DNA of 64,000 bases from an uncultured Gemmatimonadales bacterium (GTDB lineage: Bacteria; Gemmatimonadota; Gemmatimonadetes; Longimicrobiales; Gaopeijiaceae). The position numbers and the translations under genes are program-made. The stretch lies in assembly GCA_963809895.1 (NCBI GenBank), contig CAWELD010000003.1, forward strand, positions 1,024,001 to 1,088,000, in the 5' to 3' direction. Shown one piece after another: positions 36,386 through 44,630 of the stretch. Numbering within the stretch: position 1 is the first letter of the stretch; every line of letters starts with the position of its first letter. The notes below the pieces were generated by a model. It worked only from the letters and a program-made list of their open reading frames with translations, ran no database searches and was not told where the DNA came from.

Positions 36386-37775
36386 TCACCATCCGTAAGG
36401 GTTCTTCGGTTTGAAGCCGAGTCTGACCCGCTCGTAGTCGGACAGGGCCCCCACGATCTCGAGGGTGACGTGGCTACCGCTCAATTCGCCGTGGTCGAGG
36501 AGAGCCTGGGCCACCGCCATTACGGCGCTCCATTCCCTGCGCAGCCACGACCGCGCCACGCGGATCGCGCCGCCTACGTCGCCGGCGCGGCCCTGCAGCG
36601 CCTGGATGCGGCGGATCGCCGCCACGGTTGAAGGCGGAGTCGAGGAGCTGGAACCCCGCCTCCAGCTCGGCCGCGATCCCCGCCGCGCATACTGTGGCGC
36701 ATGCGTCCGCCGAGGTGTCCTCTGGAGGGAGTCCCCCATGGACGCGGCCACCGTTGATGAGCAGGCGCCCGCCGTCAACGCGCCAGCGAATCTCGGCGCC
36801 GGAGAGCGTCTGGTGCAGCCGGAGCATCGCAACAGCGTGGCCTGCCTCGTGGTAGGCGACCATTCGCGCGCGCTGCCATGTCGAAGCATCGGCCAGGCGC
36901 CACGCGAGGGCCCACGGCACGCCCGCCGGCTCCTGCTCCACGACGGCGGCGATCCTCGAGGGCGCCGCGGCGGCCCGACCTGCGGGCCGAGAGCCACCGC
37001 CCTGGAGCTCCTGGAGGACGTCATCGAGGGTGGCGATGCGGTCCGCGAGCCCACGCTGGACCGCCCGGGCCGCGTCGTACGTGCGCCCACCGCCGAACTG
37101 CTGGCGAACCGTCGAGATGGACACGCCACGACCCTTGGCCACTGCCTTCTCGAACGCCCGGCCGTAGGCCTGTACGATGCTCAGGGTGTGGGCCTGGGCC
37201 TCGTCGCTCATGGGCTCGTACGGGTTGCCTTCGGCCTTCTGGTCCGGGTATCGGACGATGGTCGGCGCGATGCCGCGGCCGCCGAGGTTCTTCGACCAGT
37301 CGAAGTGCACCGTGTAGACGCCGATCGAGCCGACTTCGCCGGAGGGCGTGACCACGAGCTCCGACGCGGCGGAGGCAATCCAGTAGGCCGCGGAGGCCAT
37401 GAGGCTGTCCGCGGTGGCTACCACGCGCTTCTTCTTCGCGGCCTCGGCCACCAGAGAGGCGGCCTCCGTGACCCCGTAGACGCCGCCGCCAGGGGAATCG
37501 ACGATGAGCAGGATGCTCTCGACCGAGGGCGCGACCATCGCTGAGCGCACGGAGGCCATGAAGCTGTCGAGGCCGGTGCCGCCGAAGAAGCGGGTCATCA
37601 TCGATTCGCGGCGATCGATCAGGCCGAACAGCGGGATCACGGCTACATCACCGGCCGCGGAGATCCTCTGTCGCTGGCGGGCGGCGCGGATCGCGTGGCC
37701 CAGGCGGTCGGTGGCGAGCGCGGCGGGCTGACCCTCAAGACAGGCGAGCGCGGCGCGGAGCGAGACGTCTTCCAC
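36386..37775 (-). CDS. S49 (phage prohead/SppA-like) serine protease fused to an M41-like HEAGH metallopeptidase; frameshift near 36615
   Basis: DSPGG, ASAAYWIAS, GSIGV, GLADRIAT, then in frame AYHEAGHAV..AAGIAAE; tail W.AV.AVAQALL..GELSG in a shifted frame. Confidence 0.8.
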
Positions 37776-37777
37776 GG

Positions 37778-38476
37778 TCAGCCGCCGGTCGGGCCGTCTA
37801 GGGGCCACTTCCGCGTCTCGTCTTTGTCGTCCGAGACGGACGGCGCGACCGGCTTCGTTCCGGCCGGGATCTCGGGGTCGGCGATTGGCGGGATCGAGCC
37901 CTTGATCGCCGCCAGGCGAGCGTCGAGGTCCTTCCCGGGCTCCAGCTTCACGCGCTCGAGCTCCCGATAGGCGGCGCCGATCGCCTCGAGACGGGCGAGG
38001 ATGGAGGACCTGTTCGACACGGACCGCGCGGGCCGACCGGTGAGCCAATGCTTCGGCGCCACCTCGACCGACATGGGCTGGATCCGGCGAGTCTGCTCGT
38101 GGAGGTCCTGGAGCTCGTGCTGCAGGCGACGGATCGCGTCATCGGCCGTGCCCTTGAGTTCCTTCTCGAGCCTCGCGATACGGTGCTCGATGGAGACGCT
38201 GACGTTCCACGTCGCGCGCTCCGCGGCGGCGAGCTCATCGAGGGCGGCGCGGTGGATGCGGCCCGTCTCGGCGGCCTTCTCGCGGGCGGTGGCCTCCCGC
38301 TCTCGGAGCTTGGGAAGCTCGGCGTCTCGCTCTTTGCGCAAGGCCTCGATCTGCCTGACGAGCTGGACGCGGCGCTCCAGGCGCTGGGCCCGGGCCTGGG
38401 CCATCGCCTCCTTGTACATCGGGGTCTCGCGGAGGAAGGCCGCGACGGCGTCGGGGTGGAGTTCCGGATCCGGCAT
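37778..38476 (-). CDS. Coiled-coil hypothetical protein (232 aa)
   Basis: E/R/L/A-rich heptad pattern; GAGGG RBS. Confidence 0.7.
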   Translation of the reverse strand: MPDPELHPDAVAAFLRETPMYKEAMAQARAQRLERRVQLVRQIEALRKERDAELPKLREREATAREKAAETGRIHRAALDELAAAERATWNVSVSIEHRIARLEKELKGTADDAIRRLQHELQDLHEQTRRIQPMSVEVAPKHWLTGRPARSVSNRSSILARLEAIGAAYRELERVKLEPGKDLDARLAAIKGSIPPIADPEIPAGTKPVAPSVSDDKDETRKWPLDGPTGG

Positions 38477-38569
38477 TGTCGGGCCCTCAAGGCTGCAGGT
38501 GTTCGAGGTGGACAGTCCAACGGTAGCACCGGGTGGCCACCACGACCCCGGACAAATTCGCCGGAATTT

Positions 38570-38872
38570 TCATCGGCGTTGCCAGGCCGCTTTCCGGGCG
38601 CGGCGGAGTGCGCGGTCCAGCGTCTCTCCGTTGAGGCCAAGCCGCAGAGCCGCGGACTCCCGGATCCGCTCCGCGGTGCCTCCCTCGGTGGCCTCCAGCG
38701 CCTCGACGGCACATGCGAAGGCGAGCAGCTCGAAGAAGCCCCGCACCGCCGGTACGTGGTGCCAGCACTCCACGGGGATCCCGAGGCGACCGCAGGCGTC
38801 CACGAGCGCTACGAGGTGCTCGGGATGTAGCGCGGCCTCGATGGCCTCTCGGTCGCCAGGGTCTCGGGGCAC
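38570..38872 (-). CDS. Small protein with C-terminal HTH-like motif
   Basis: ESAALRLGLNGETLDRALRR. Confidence 0.5.
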   Translation of the reverse strand: MPRDPGDREAIEAALHPEHLVALVDACGRLGIPVECWHHVPAVRGFFELLAFACAVEALEATEGGTAERIRESAALRLGLNGETLDRALRRARKAAWQRR

Positions 38873-38882
38873 GGGAAAGCGT

Positions 38883-39338
38883 CTACCGCTCGCCCAGGGC
38901 GCGGAGCTCGGCGCGGGCGGCTTCCACGACATCGCGGATCAACTCCCGGGCCCGCGACTGCGGGATGTCCAGCTCCTCGGCCACGGACGGGGCCAGCCGG
39001 CGCGGCGCATCCTTGAGGACCTGGTTCACGCGCTCCAGCGGCTCGCGGACGAGTCGCTCCATGTCGTCGAGGGCGACGAGTTGGCCCTGCTCGCGGGCCA
39101 CCTCGAGCTCACGTTTCGCGGCCCTGGCTTCGACCTCACGAACTCGAGCCCGCTGGAGGGCCGACGTGTCGTTGCCGTGCTCCAATAGGAAGCGGAGGAG
39201 CGGCTGGACCCGGTACGTCGGGCTGCGATCGTCGGTGCGAGCCTCCTGGAGGCCCTGCGACTCCCAGTTGCGCAGCGTCCGCTCGGTCATGTCGAGCGCA
39301 ATTGCCACTTCGGCACGGGTGATGGTCAGTGCGGCCAT
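38883..39338 (-). CDS. Nu1-like terminase small subunit
   Basis: N-terminal wHTH (TRAEVA..MTERTLRNWESQG), coiled coil RAR..EARAAKREL..EQGQLV, then LKDAPRRLAP. Confidence 0.72.
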   Translation of the reverse strand: MAALTITRAEVAIALDMTERTLRNWESQGLQEARTDDRSPTYRVQPLLRFLLEHGNDTSALQRARVREVEARAAKRELEVAREQGQLVALDDMERLVREPLERVNQVLKDAPRRLAPSVAEELDIPQSRARELIRDVVEAARAELRALGER

Positions 39339-39387
39339 CTGGCCCTCACGGAAGAAAGGAAGGAGGTATTTTCGTGCTCTCTTTGGC

Positions 39388-39439
39388 GCGAAAAGTCGCT
39401 CGCGCGGCACCCATCCAACTCAGGTCGGGGGACGGACCC
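39388..39439 (-). other. Putative lambda-like cos site (cosQ/cosN-like)
   Basis: GGGTCC..20 nt..GGGTGCCGCGCGAGCGACTTTTCGC upstream of the TerS-like gene. Confidence 0.5.
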
Positions 39440-39492
39440 GCGCTCACTCACCGGTCCTCCTCGAGGAGCTGGTCCGGCGCGCCTGGTCATCG

Positions 39493-39855
39493 TCACTTGA
39501 GCTCTCTCCGCCAGGAGCCCAGGTCCACCTCACCGCGTCGGCGGCGCGTGGTGACGGGCTTCACCTCGCCTGCCTCGGAGCGCTGGAAGGCCCGGATGGC
39601 GGCGCGCGGGATCTTCCACTCCCTGCCCTGCTGTCGGTAGGCGCCCGGGAGCAGGTCGCGGCGGCAGTAGTCCCTCACCGTCGAGGGTGAACGCCCGAGG
39701 ACGTCGCCCGCCTCTTCGACGGTCAGGTCGGCCAGCGAGTCGCCCGTGGGGGTCGGTGTGCTGTCGGGGAGGCGCTCGAGGATGACCCGAGCCGGGACGG
39801 AGGCCTCCACCTCGGCCAGCTGCTCGAGCCAACGTCGGAAGTCGGAGTAGGTCAT
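39493..39855 (-). CDS. Excisionase-like HTH protein
   Basis: LTVEEAGDVLGRSPSTVRDYC..LPGAY..GREWKIP. Confidence 0.8.
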   Translation of the reverse strand: MTYSDFRRWLEQLAEVEASVPARVILERLPDSTPTPTGDSLADLTVEEAGDVLGRSPSTVRDYCRRDLLPGAYRQQGREWKIPRAAIRAFQRSEAGEVKPVTTRRRRGEVDLGSWRRELK

Positions 39856-39870
39856 GGCCACCTCCGCCCA

Positions 39871-40040
39871 CCGTGCCCAAGCCCGGCACGTCGGATGGAG
39901 CGTCGAGTGGACCTCGGGAGTGTGCCCAATGCCCCACCCCCCTTCAGGGGGTGTGTTGGGGCACGGTGGGCACACCCCCTCTCCCGGTGTGCCCTGGGCA
40001 CGGTTTGGGCACGGTTGGGCACGGTCCTCATCGGGCACCT
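39871..40040. repeat. Iteron cluster, putative replication origin
   Basis: Several TGGGCACGGT/GGGCAC direct copies and GTGCCC inverted copies around a CACCCCC-cttca-GGGGGTG palindrome, at the 3' end of the helicase gene. Confidence 0.7.
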
Positions 40041-41350
40041 CCGGCGAGGCTGATCCGAGAGGCCTGCCCTCGCTTCTCGGGGGTCTGGATGACCACCTCT
40101 CCCCGACTGTGCAGGAGCTCGAGGGCGGCCACGATGTCGGGGTTGTGACCCTTGATTCCGTCCCGGAGCGATCGCTTCGACGAGCCCGGATGCAGGGCCA
40201 AGTACTCCAGGACGGCGGGCGCCATCTTCTCGGCGCCGGCCATGCGTTCCACGAGCTCGGGCCGGTGGTCGCTCACCCGCAACCTGAGCCACCCACCAGA
40301 GCGGAAGCTGTTGTGCGGTCCGGCTGGATCCTCGTCCTCGACTGTGAAGGCGAACGGATCCGGGGATACCTCGTCCCGGAGTTCCACCCTCACCGTGACG
40401 GGGGACGTCTCGTCCTTCCGACCGAGCACCGCCCCCATGTCATACCAGGCGCCGAACGCGGAGGAGTTGCGGATCAGGTCGGTGAGCCGCTGGCCTCCTC
40501 CTTGGCCCGGGTCCTTCCGGGCGTGGTGCGTGAGCTGGAGCGCGATGCCCTTCGCCTTGGCGCGGATCCCCGAGAACGCGTTGAGCTGGGGGGTCACCAC
40601 GTCGGAGTCGTCGCTGTCGCCGGTGGCCACGTACGACCAGTTGTCGACCGCCAGGAAGTCGAGCTCCAACTCGGCAGCGTAGTCTCCGAGCTCGTCCACC
40701 GTGCGGTCGCTGAAGCGGAGCGGGGGCCGGAACCAGAGGTGAAGCCATCCGTCGAGCTCCTGGGGGTCTATCCCCCTGCCCCGGCAGATGCGCTCGTAAC
40801 GGCGGCGGACCCGGTGGTCCCGATCCTCCATCAGGACCGCCCCGACGCGGCGGCGCTCGGGCACCTCGAACCGGCCCAGGAAGCGGGTGCCCGACGCGAG
40901 TGCCACCAGCTTCTCCAGGAGAAGGAGGGTCTTGTACGTCTTCGGGTAGCCTGCCTGCAGGATGTTGGCGTCCACGGGGTCCGGGCTCTCGATCAGGAAG
41001 GCCTCTTCGGGCTCCTCCACCGCCAGGAGCTCGGCCACGCCGATGGGGGGCGGGAGCGTTCGTGGTTCGGGCTCCTCACTCAGGCCCTCGAGCGCCCAGG
41101 ACACCGCGGACGACGCCGCACCGTCCGAGAGCCGCTGCAGCAGGAGCTCCTCCGCCGCCGCGCGAAGTGACATCCATCCGCGTGGCGAGGCCGGCCGGAA
41201 CCGCTCGGCGATCTGCCGGACGGCCTGGTAGGCGGAGATCTGACTGTCGACCCCGGGCAGGAACTCCTCGAGGGCAGCCCGGGCCTCTTCGGGCGTCGTG
41301 AGGGTGCCATTGCGCTCGAACTCTCGAGCCGACGCCGACGTCATGCCCAC
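40028..41350 (-). CDS. RepA/AAA_25-type replication helicase
   Basis: Walker A variant AGYPKTYKT, MED, LAVDN, LTHHARK, RNSSAF; C-terminal wHTH-like region. Confidence 0.8.
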   Translation of the reverse strand: MGMTSASAREFERNGTLTTPEEARAALEEFLPGVDSQISAYQAVRQIAERFRPASPRGWMSLRAAAEELLLQRLSDGAASSAVSWALEGLSEEPEPRTLPPPIGVAELLAVEEPEEAFLIESPDPVDANILQAGYPKTYKTLLLLEKLVALASGTRFLGRFEVPERRRVGAVLMEDRDHRVRRRYERICRGRGIDPQELDGWLHLWFRPPLRFSDRTVDELGDYAAELELDFLAVDNWSYVATGDSDDSDVVTPQLNAFSGIRAKAKGIALQLTHHARKDPGQGGGQRLTDLIRNSSAFGAWYDMGAVLGRKDETSPVTVRVELRDEVSPDPFAFTVEDEDPAGPHNSFRSGGWLRLRVSDHRPELVERMAGAEKMAPAVLEYLALHPGSSKRSLRDGIKGHNPDIVAALELLHSRGEVVIQTPEKRGQASRISLAGGAR

Positions 41351-41494
41351 GCCCCCATACTGTTTCCTCCACCAGGAATCACAACGCCTGGGAGGCTTCT
41401 TTCTATCTCACTGGCGGACAGCGGCTTGAGGGAGCTCGCGAATAGCGCCCGCCTGGCCACTGTAGACAGGAATGTGGACACGGCCCGGATTCCC

Positions 41495-41728
41495 TTATCC
41501 GGCGCGATCATCCGGGCCTTTCCCCATCGCGCCGAGGACCTTGGCCAGGTTGGACACGCGGCGGCGGACCACGCGCGCCTCGGCGGCTGCGAAGCGCCCA
41601 GCCTCGACGGCATAAGGCTCAAGGCCAGCGGTCACGGCCGCGTCCAACTGGTCGACGAGCGCGTCTGCCAGCTTCACGGCCTGGCGAAGATGATCCCGGG
41701 CGGCGGCCGTCATCTCATCCCTGGCCAT
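41495..41728 (-). CDS. Small hypothetical protein
   Basis: Overlaps the end of the AlpA gene in the operon. Confidence 0.5.
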   Translation of the reverse strand: MARDEMTAAARDHLRQAVKLADALVDQLDAAVTAGLEPYAVEAGRFAAAEARVVRRRVSNLAKVLGAMGKGPDDRAG

Positions 41729-41921
41729 CGGTCTCACCCGCGACAGGCCTGGAGGTGATCCAATCCTGGATCTCGCTGGAGAGCCAACCCACGACCCCAC
41801 CGCCGAGGTCGCGGCGCCTGGGAAAGCGCCCTTCCCGCTCGCGGCCGTAGATGGTGTTTCTGCCGAGGCCGGTGACCTCGGAGACTTCGTTGATCCGGAG
41901 GATTCGGTCCTGGTCCGCCAT
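41715..41921 (-). CDS. AlpA-family phage regulator
   Basis: ILRINEVSEVTGLGRNTIY..GRFP..LG..VGWLSSEIQDWI; AGGAGG RBS. Confidence 0.92.
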   Translation of the reverse strand: MADQDRILRINEVSEVTGLGRNTIYGREREGRFPRRRDLGGGVVGWLSSEIQDWITSRPVAGETDGQG

Positions 41922-42188
41922 CGCTCGCTGCCTCCTTTCGGGAGTCGCGGATGGCGGCACCTGGACAGGAAACCAAGACAGTCCAAGGACCGCCACCCGT
42001 GCTTCTGGGTGGTTCAGTCGCCTTGGGGCTGTCTCGGTGTGAGGTTGGCCGCAAGTCCAGCTATGTAAGGGGCCGACCAACAGTGGGCCGGGCACCGTGA
42101 TCATACTGCATGTAGGGGGGTTGTCCCGTCAAGTCCCGTAGATCACGGAGGCGTACGGCGGAGTCCGACGCGACCACGTTCTTTGTGC

Positions 42189-42768
42189 TCAGAACTGGTC
42201 CGATATGAATCCAATCTTGGCGCTCCCACCCCCCAGCGCACCTTCGAGAGTTGGACGCCCAACCCAATACCGTTCGATGCTCGACACCCGTCGGATGAGC
42301 AGGTCAGCGGCGCGATGAGCTGCATCGCCGTCTACCGTGCCCTGGTCGACCAATGCCCGATCCCCATCGTCCTTCAGCCAAGAGAAGCTCCACCGTTCGG
42401 GGTCCCCCTCGGATACCTCGACCACGAACAGCGCGGGAGCTTGATCGCCGGCAGGAAAGATGAGGATCCGGGCTCGTAGGGTGGGGCCGGCATCCTTAAG
42501 CGGGAGACACGTCTTCCGTGCCACGATGGCCCATCGCTTCCCCCTGATCTCGAAATGCAGAGCCCTGTACTCTGGACTCTGCTCCTCCTTCGGCTGCGAC
42601 ACTCCGTCCATTTGCATCCGCAGCGCATCCTGCATGGAACTGCCACACATAGCCGATGAAGGCATCGGCGAAGCGTTCGAAGACGGGGAGGAGCCGTGCT
42701 TGGCGCTCTCGGAGGGGTCGGATGCGGTCGGCGAGATCCTGCACCGTCATGGGCACGAAGCTGGCCAT
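42189..42768 (-). CDS. Hypothetical accessory protein, probably frameshifted near 42640
   Basis: AAGGAG RBS and ATG at 42768; an overlapping second frame continues to 42189. Confidence 0.45.
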
Positions 42769-42790
42769 CGGTGGTCTCCTTGCTCCTGGG

Positions 42791-42817
42791 GGTGGCCCTG
42801 GGGGAGCCGGTCGCAAG
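42791..42817 (-). repeat. 27-bp leader repeat, copy 1
   Basis: GGTGGCCCTGGGGGAGCCGGTCGCAAG, identical to 43140-43166. Confidence 0.9.
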
Positions 42818-42900
42818 ATACCACGGAGACGCGGCGAGCAGCTACCTGCTACACGCCTGTCAGGCGATTGGGGACCTCGCCGAGTCGATCCCGGGGGCGC

Positions 42901-43122
42901 TCAGGGGGTGAGGGGCCCGAACCTGAAGCAGAGGCCCGCCTCCGTTTCCGTGATCCCACCGATCTGCGCAATGACGTGTTCGGGCAGACGTGCGGGATCG
43001 AGGATCCGGTACCAAGCGCCCTCGCGCTGCAACACGCCGTCGCTGATCAGACGTTCGAAGTCGATCGGCGTACGAAGGAGCTTGATCCGCTCTTCGACCT
43101 CTTCCTTGGTGAGGCGTGCCAT
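42901..43122 (-). CDS. Small hypothetical protein (73 aa)
   Basis: GGAGGG RBS; MARLTKEEVEERIKLLRTPIDFERLISDGVL. Confidence 0.65.
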   Translation of the reverse strand: MARLTKEEVEERIKLLRTPIDFERLISDGVLQREGAWYRILDPARLPEHVIAQIGGITETEAGLCFRFGPLTP

Positions 43123-43139
43123 CGATCCCTCCGTGCTCA

Positions 43140-43166
43140 GGTGGCCCTGGGGGAGCCGGTCGCAAG
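43140..43166 (-). repeat. 27-bp leader repeat, copy 2
   Basis: Identical to 42791-42817. Confidence 0.9.
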
Positions 43167-43189
43167 GTAGGAACAGCAGATGATAGACG

Positions 43190-43765
43190 CTATTGGCCCA
43201 AGTACTTCGACGGCGGGGTGCGTTCGCCCGCGATACGCGCCATTGCCTCCAACGCCTCCGCGATCCGATGTGATGGAGGGCGCGGCTGCCTGGTGTGCTC
43301 CCACGACTCCCACTCAAGAGTCGATACAGTGAAGTGGCTGGCCGGATGGAAGGCCGCAAACGGGGACCGCGCTCTACTCTCGTACTCGACACTGACCCTC
43401 ACAGGTCGGTCTTTCAGCAGTTTCGCCACCGCGTCAACCCATCCCCAGCGGACGGCCCGTTCCTCTCCCGGCGCCAGCATCGGAACCCCCGTAATCAGGG
43501 GTCCACTCTTCATGGGCCCGTCCTGCTCCCTGCCGACACGCTGTGGAAGCTCTCGGTCCAGGTGAAAGCGAACACCATAGGCTGGCCCGAGTCCCACGTT
43601 CCTGATGACGATGAGGAAGTCATCCAGCGAGTCCGGATCCAAGCGGAGGAATACGAGCACAAGCGGGTCGGTTTGTGCGCGCATCGTGAAGTAGCTTGCG
43701 AGGGCCGCAAACAGGCCAACCGCAACAAGCGCCGCCGTTGCGATCAGCATCCCGACCTCCGTCAC
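43190..43765 (-). CDS. Membrane-anchored hypothetical protein
   Basis: N-terminal TM, IRNVGLGPAYGVRF motif. Confidence 0.65.
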   Translation of the reverse strand: MTEVGMLIATAALVAVGLFAALASYFTMRAQTDPLVLVFLRLDPDSLDDFLIVIRNVGLGPAYGVRFHLDRELPQRVGREQDGPMKSGPLITGVPMLAPGEERAVRWGWVDAVAKLLKDRPVRVSVEYESRARSPFAAFHPASHFTVSTLEWESWEHTRQPRPPSHRIAEALEAMARIAGERTPPSKYLGQ

Positions 43766-43986
43766 CCCTCCAACTCCTCCGCCAGCTCGACGAGCTCCGC
43801 GGCCCGGGCCCGGGCGAGCTTCGCGATGGCCGCCTCCCAGCCCGGGGGTGGAGATCGGTACCCGGTGCTGTCAGGGTCGAGACGAGCCTTGGCGATGGAG
43901 GACGACTCTCGAGCCATGCTCGACGCCACGTCGTCCAGAGTCACCCGGAGGCCGGTGATCCGGTCCGTCGCTTCCTTGAAGTCCAT
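43762..43986 (-). CDS. Small HTH-like regulator (candidate repressor)
   Basis: TLDDVASSM..SSSIAKAR; AAGGA RBS; divergent from radC-int. Confidence 0.6.
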   Translation of the reverse strand: MDFKEATDRITGLRVTLDDVASSMARESSSIAKARLDPDSTGYRSPPPGWEAAIAKLARARAAELVELAEELEG

Positions 43987-44003
43987 GGCTGTCCATCCTT
44001 TTA

Positions 44004-44057
44004 TTGACACGGACGGGGAGTGTCCATATCATATTGGACAGCGGGGCATAAAAGCAA
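44004..44057. promoter_or_regulatory. Overlapping divergent sigma70 promoters with a palindromic operator
   Basis: + strand TTGACA-17-TATCAT (44004-44032); - strand TTGCTT-18-TATGAT; TGTCCA-N8-TGGACA at 44021-44040. Confidence 0.7.
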
Positions 44058-44170
44058 GGCGCCAGGGCCACCCGGAAAGTGAACACCTGACGCCTCACAA
44101 ACACGGCTCTCGCCGCCCCTTACGATCGCCCTGCGAGGGGGGTGAGGGCAAGGATCAGGAGATCGGATCC

Positions 44171-44629
44171 ATGCAGAAGGCACTCGAGTTGTGGAGGACG
44201 TCGCTCATCCGCGAGCCAGGGCCCACCGTCCCGATCACGGGATCCGTCACCGGCCCGGCCCACGTGGGGCTGCTCATGGCGCACCTCTACGGCGACGCCG
44301 CCCAGGAGCACCTGGTGGTCTTCGCGCTGAACGCTCGCCATCATGTCGTGGGGATCCACCCGGTCACGACGGGGATCGCCGATGCCTCCCTGGCCCACGC
44401 CCGTGAGGTGTTCCGACCGGCGATCCTCGCCAATGCGACGGCCATCATCGTCGCCCATAACCACCCGACCGGCGATCTCACGCTGAGCCTGGAGGACAAG
44501 CAACTCGCCGCGCGCCTCGAGGTGGCGGGCCGACACCTGGGGATCAACGTCCTGGACTTCATCGTCACCGACCACCGCGGCCGCTGGCACTCGATTCACG
44601 GGAAGCACGCGAAGGGGGAGGTAGCCTGA
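44171..44629 (+). CDS. RadC-like JAB-domain protein
   Basis: QEH..L, HAREVFRPA, AHNHPTGD..S.ED, LDFIV. Confidence 0.88.
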   Translation: MQKALELWRTSLIREPGPTVPITGSVTGPAHVGLLMAHLYGDAAQEHLVVFALNARHHVVGIHPVTTGIADASLAHAREVFRPAILANATAIIVAHNHPTGDLTLSLEDKQLAARLEVAGRHLGINVLDFIVTDHRGRWHSIHGKHAKGEVA

Positions 44630-44630
44630 C

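Noticed and set aside
39871..40040. Short repeats as a CRISPR array
   Set aside because: Units are 6-11 bp, irregularly spaced, in both orientations, with no spacers or cas genes
42791..43166. 27-bp repeats as CRISPR repeats or integron attC sites
   Set aside because: Only two copies 349 bp apart, located at gene 5' ends, with no GTTRRRY/RYYYAAC boxes and no IntI-type integrase
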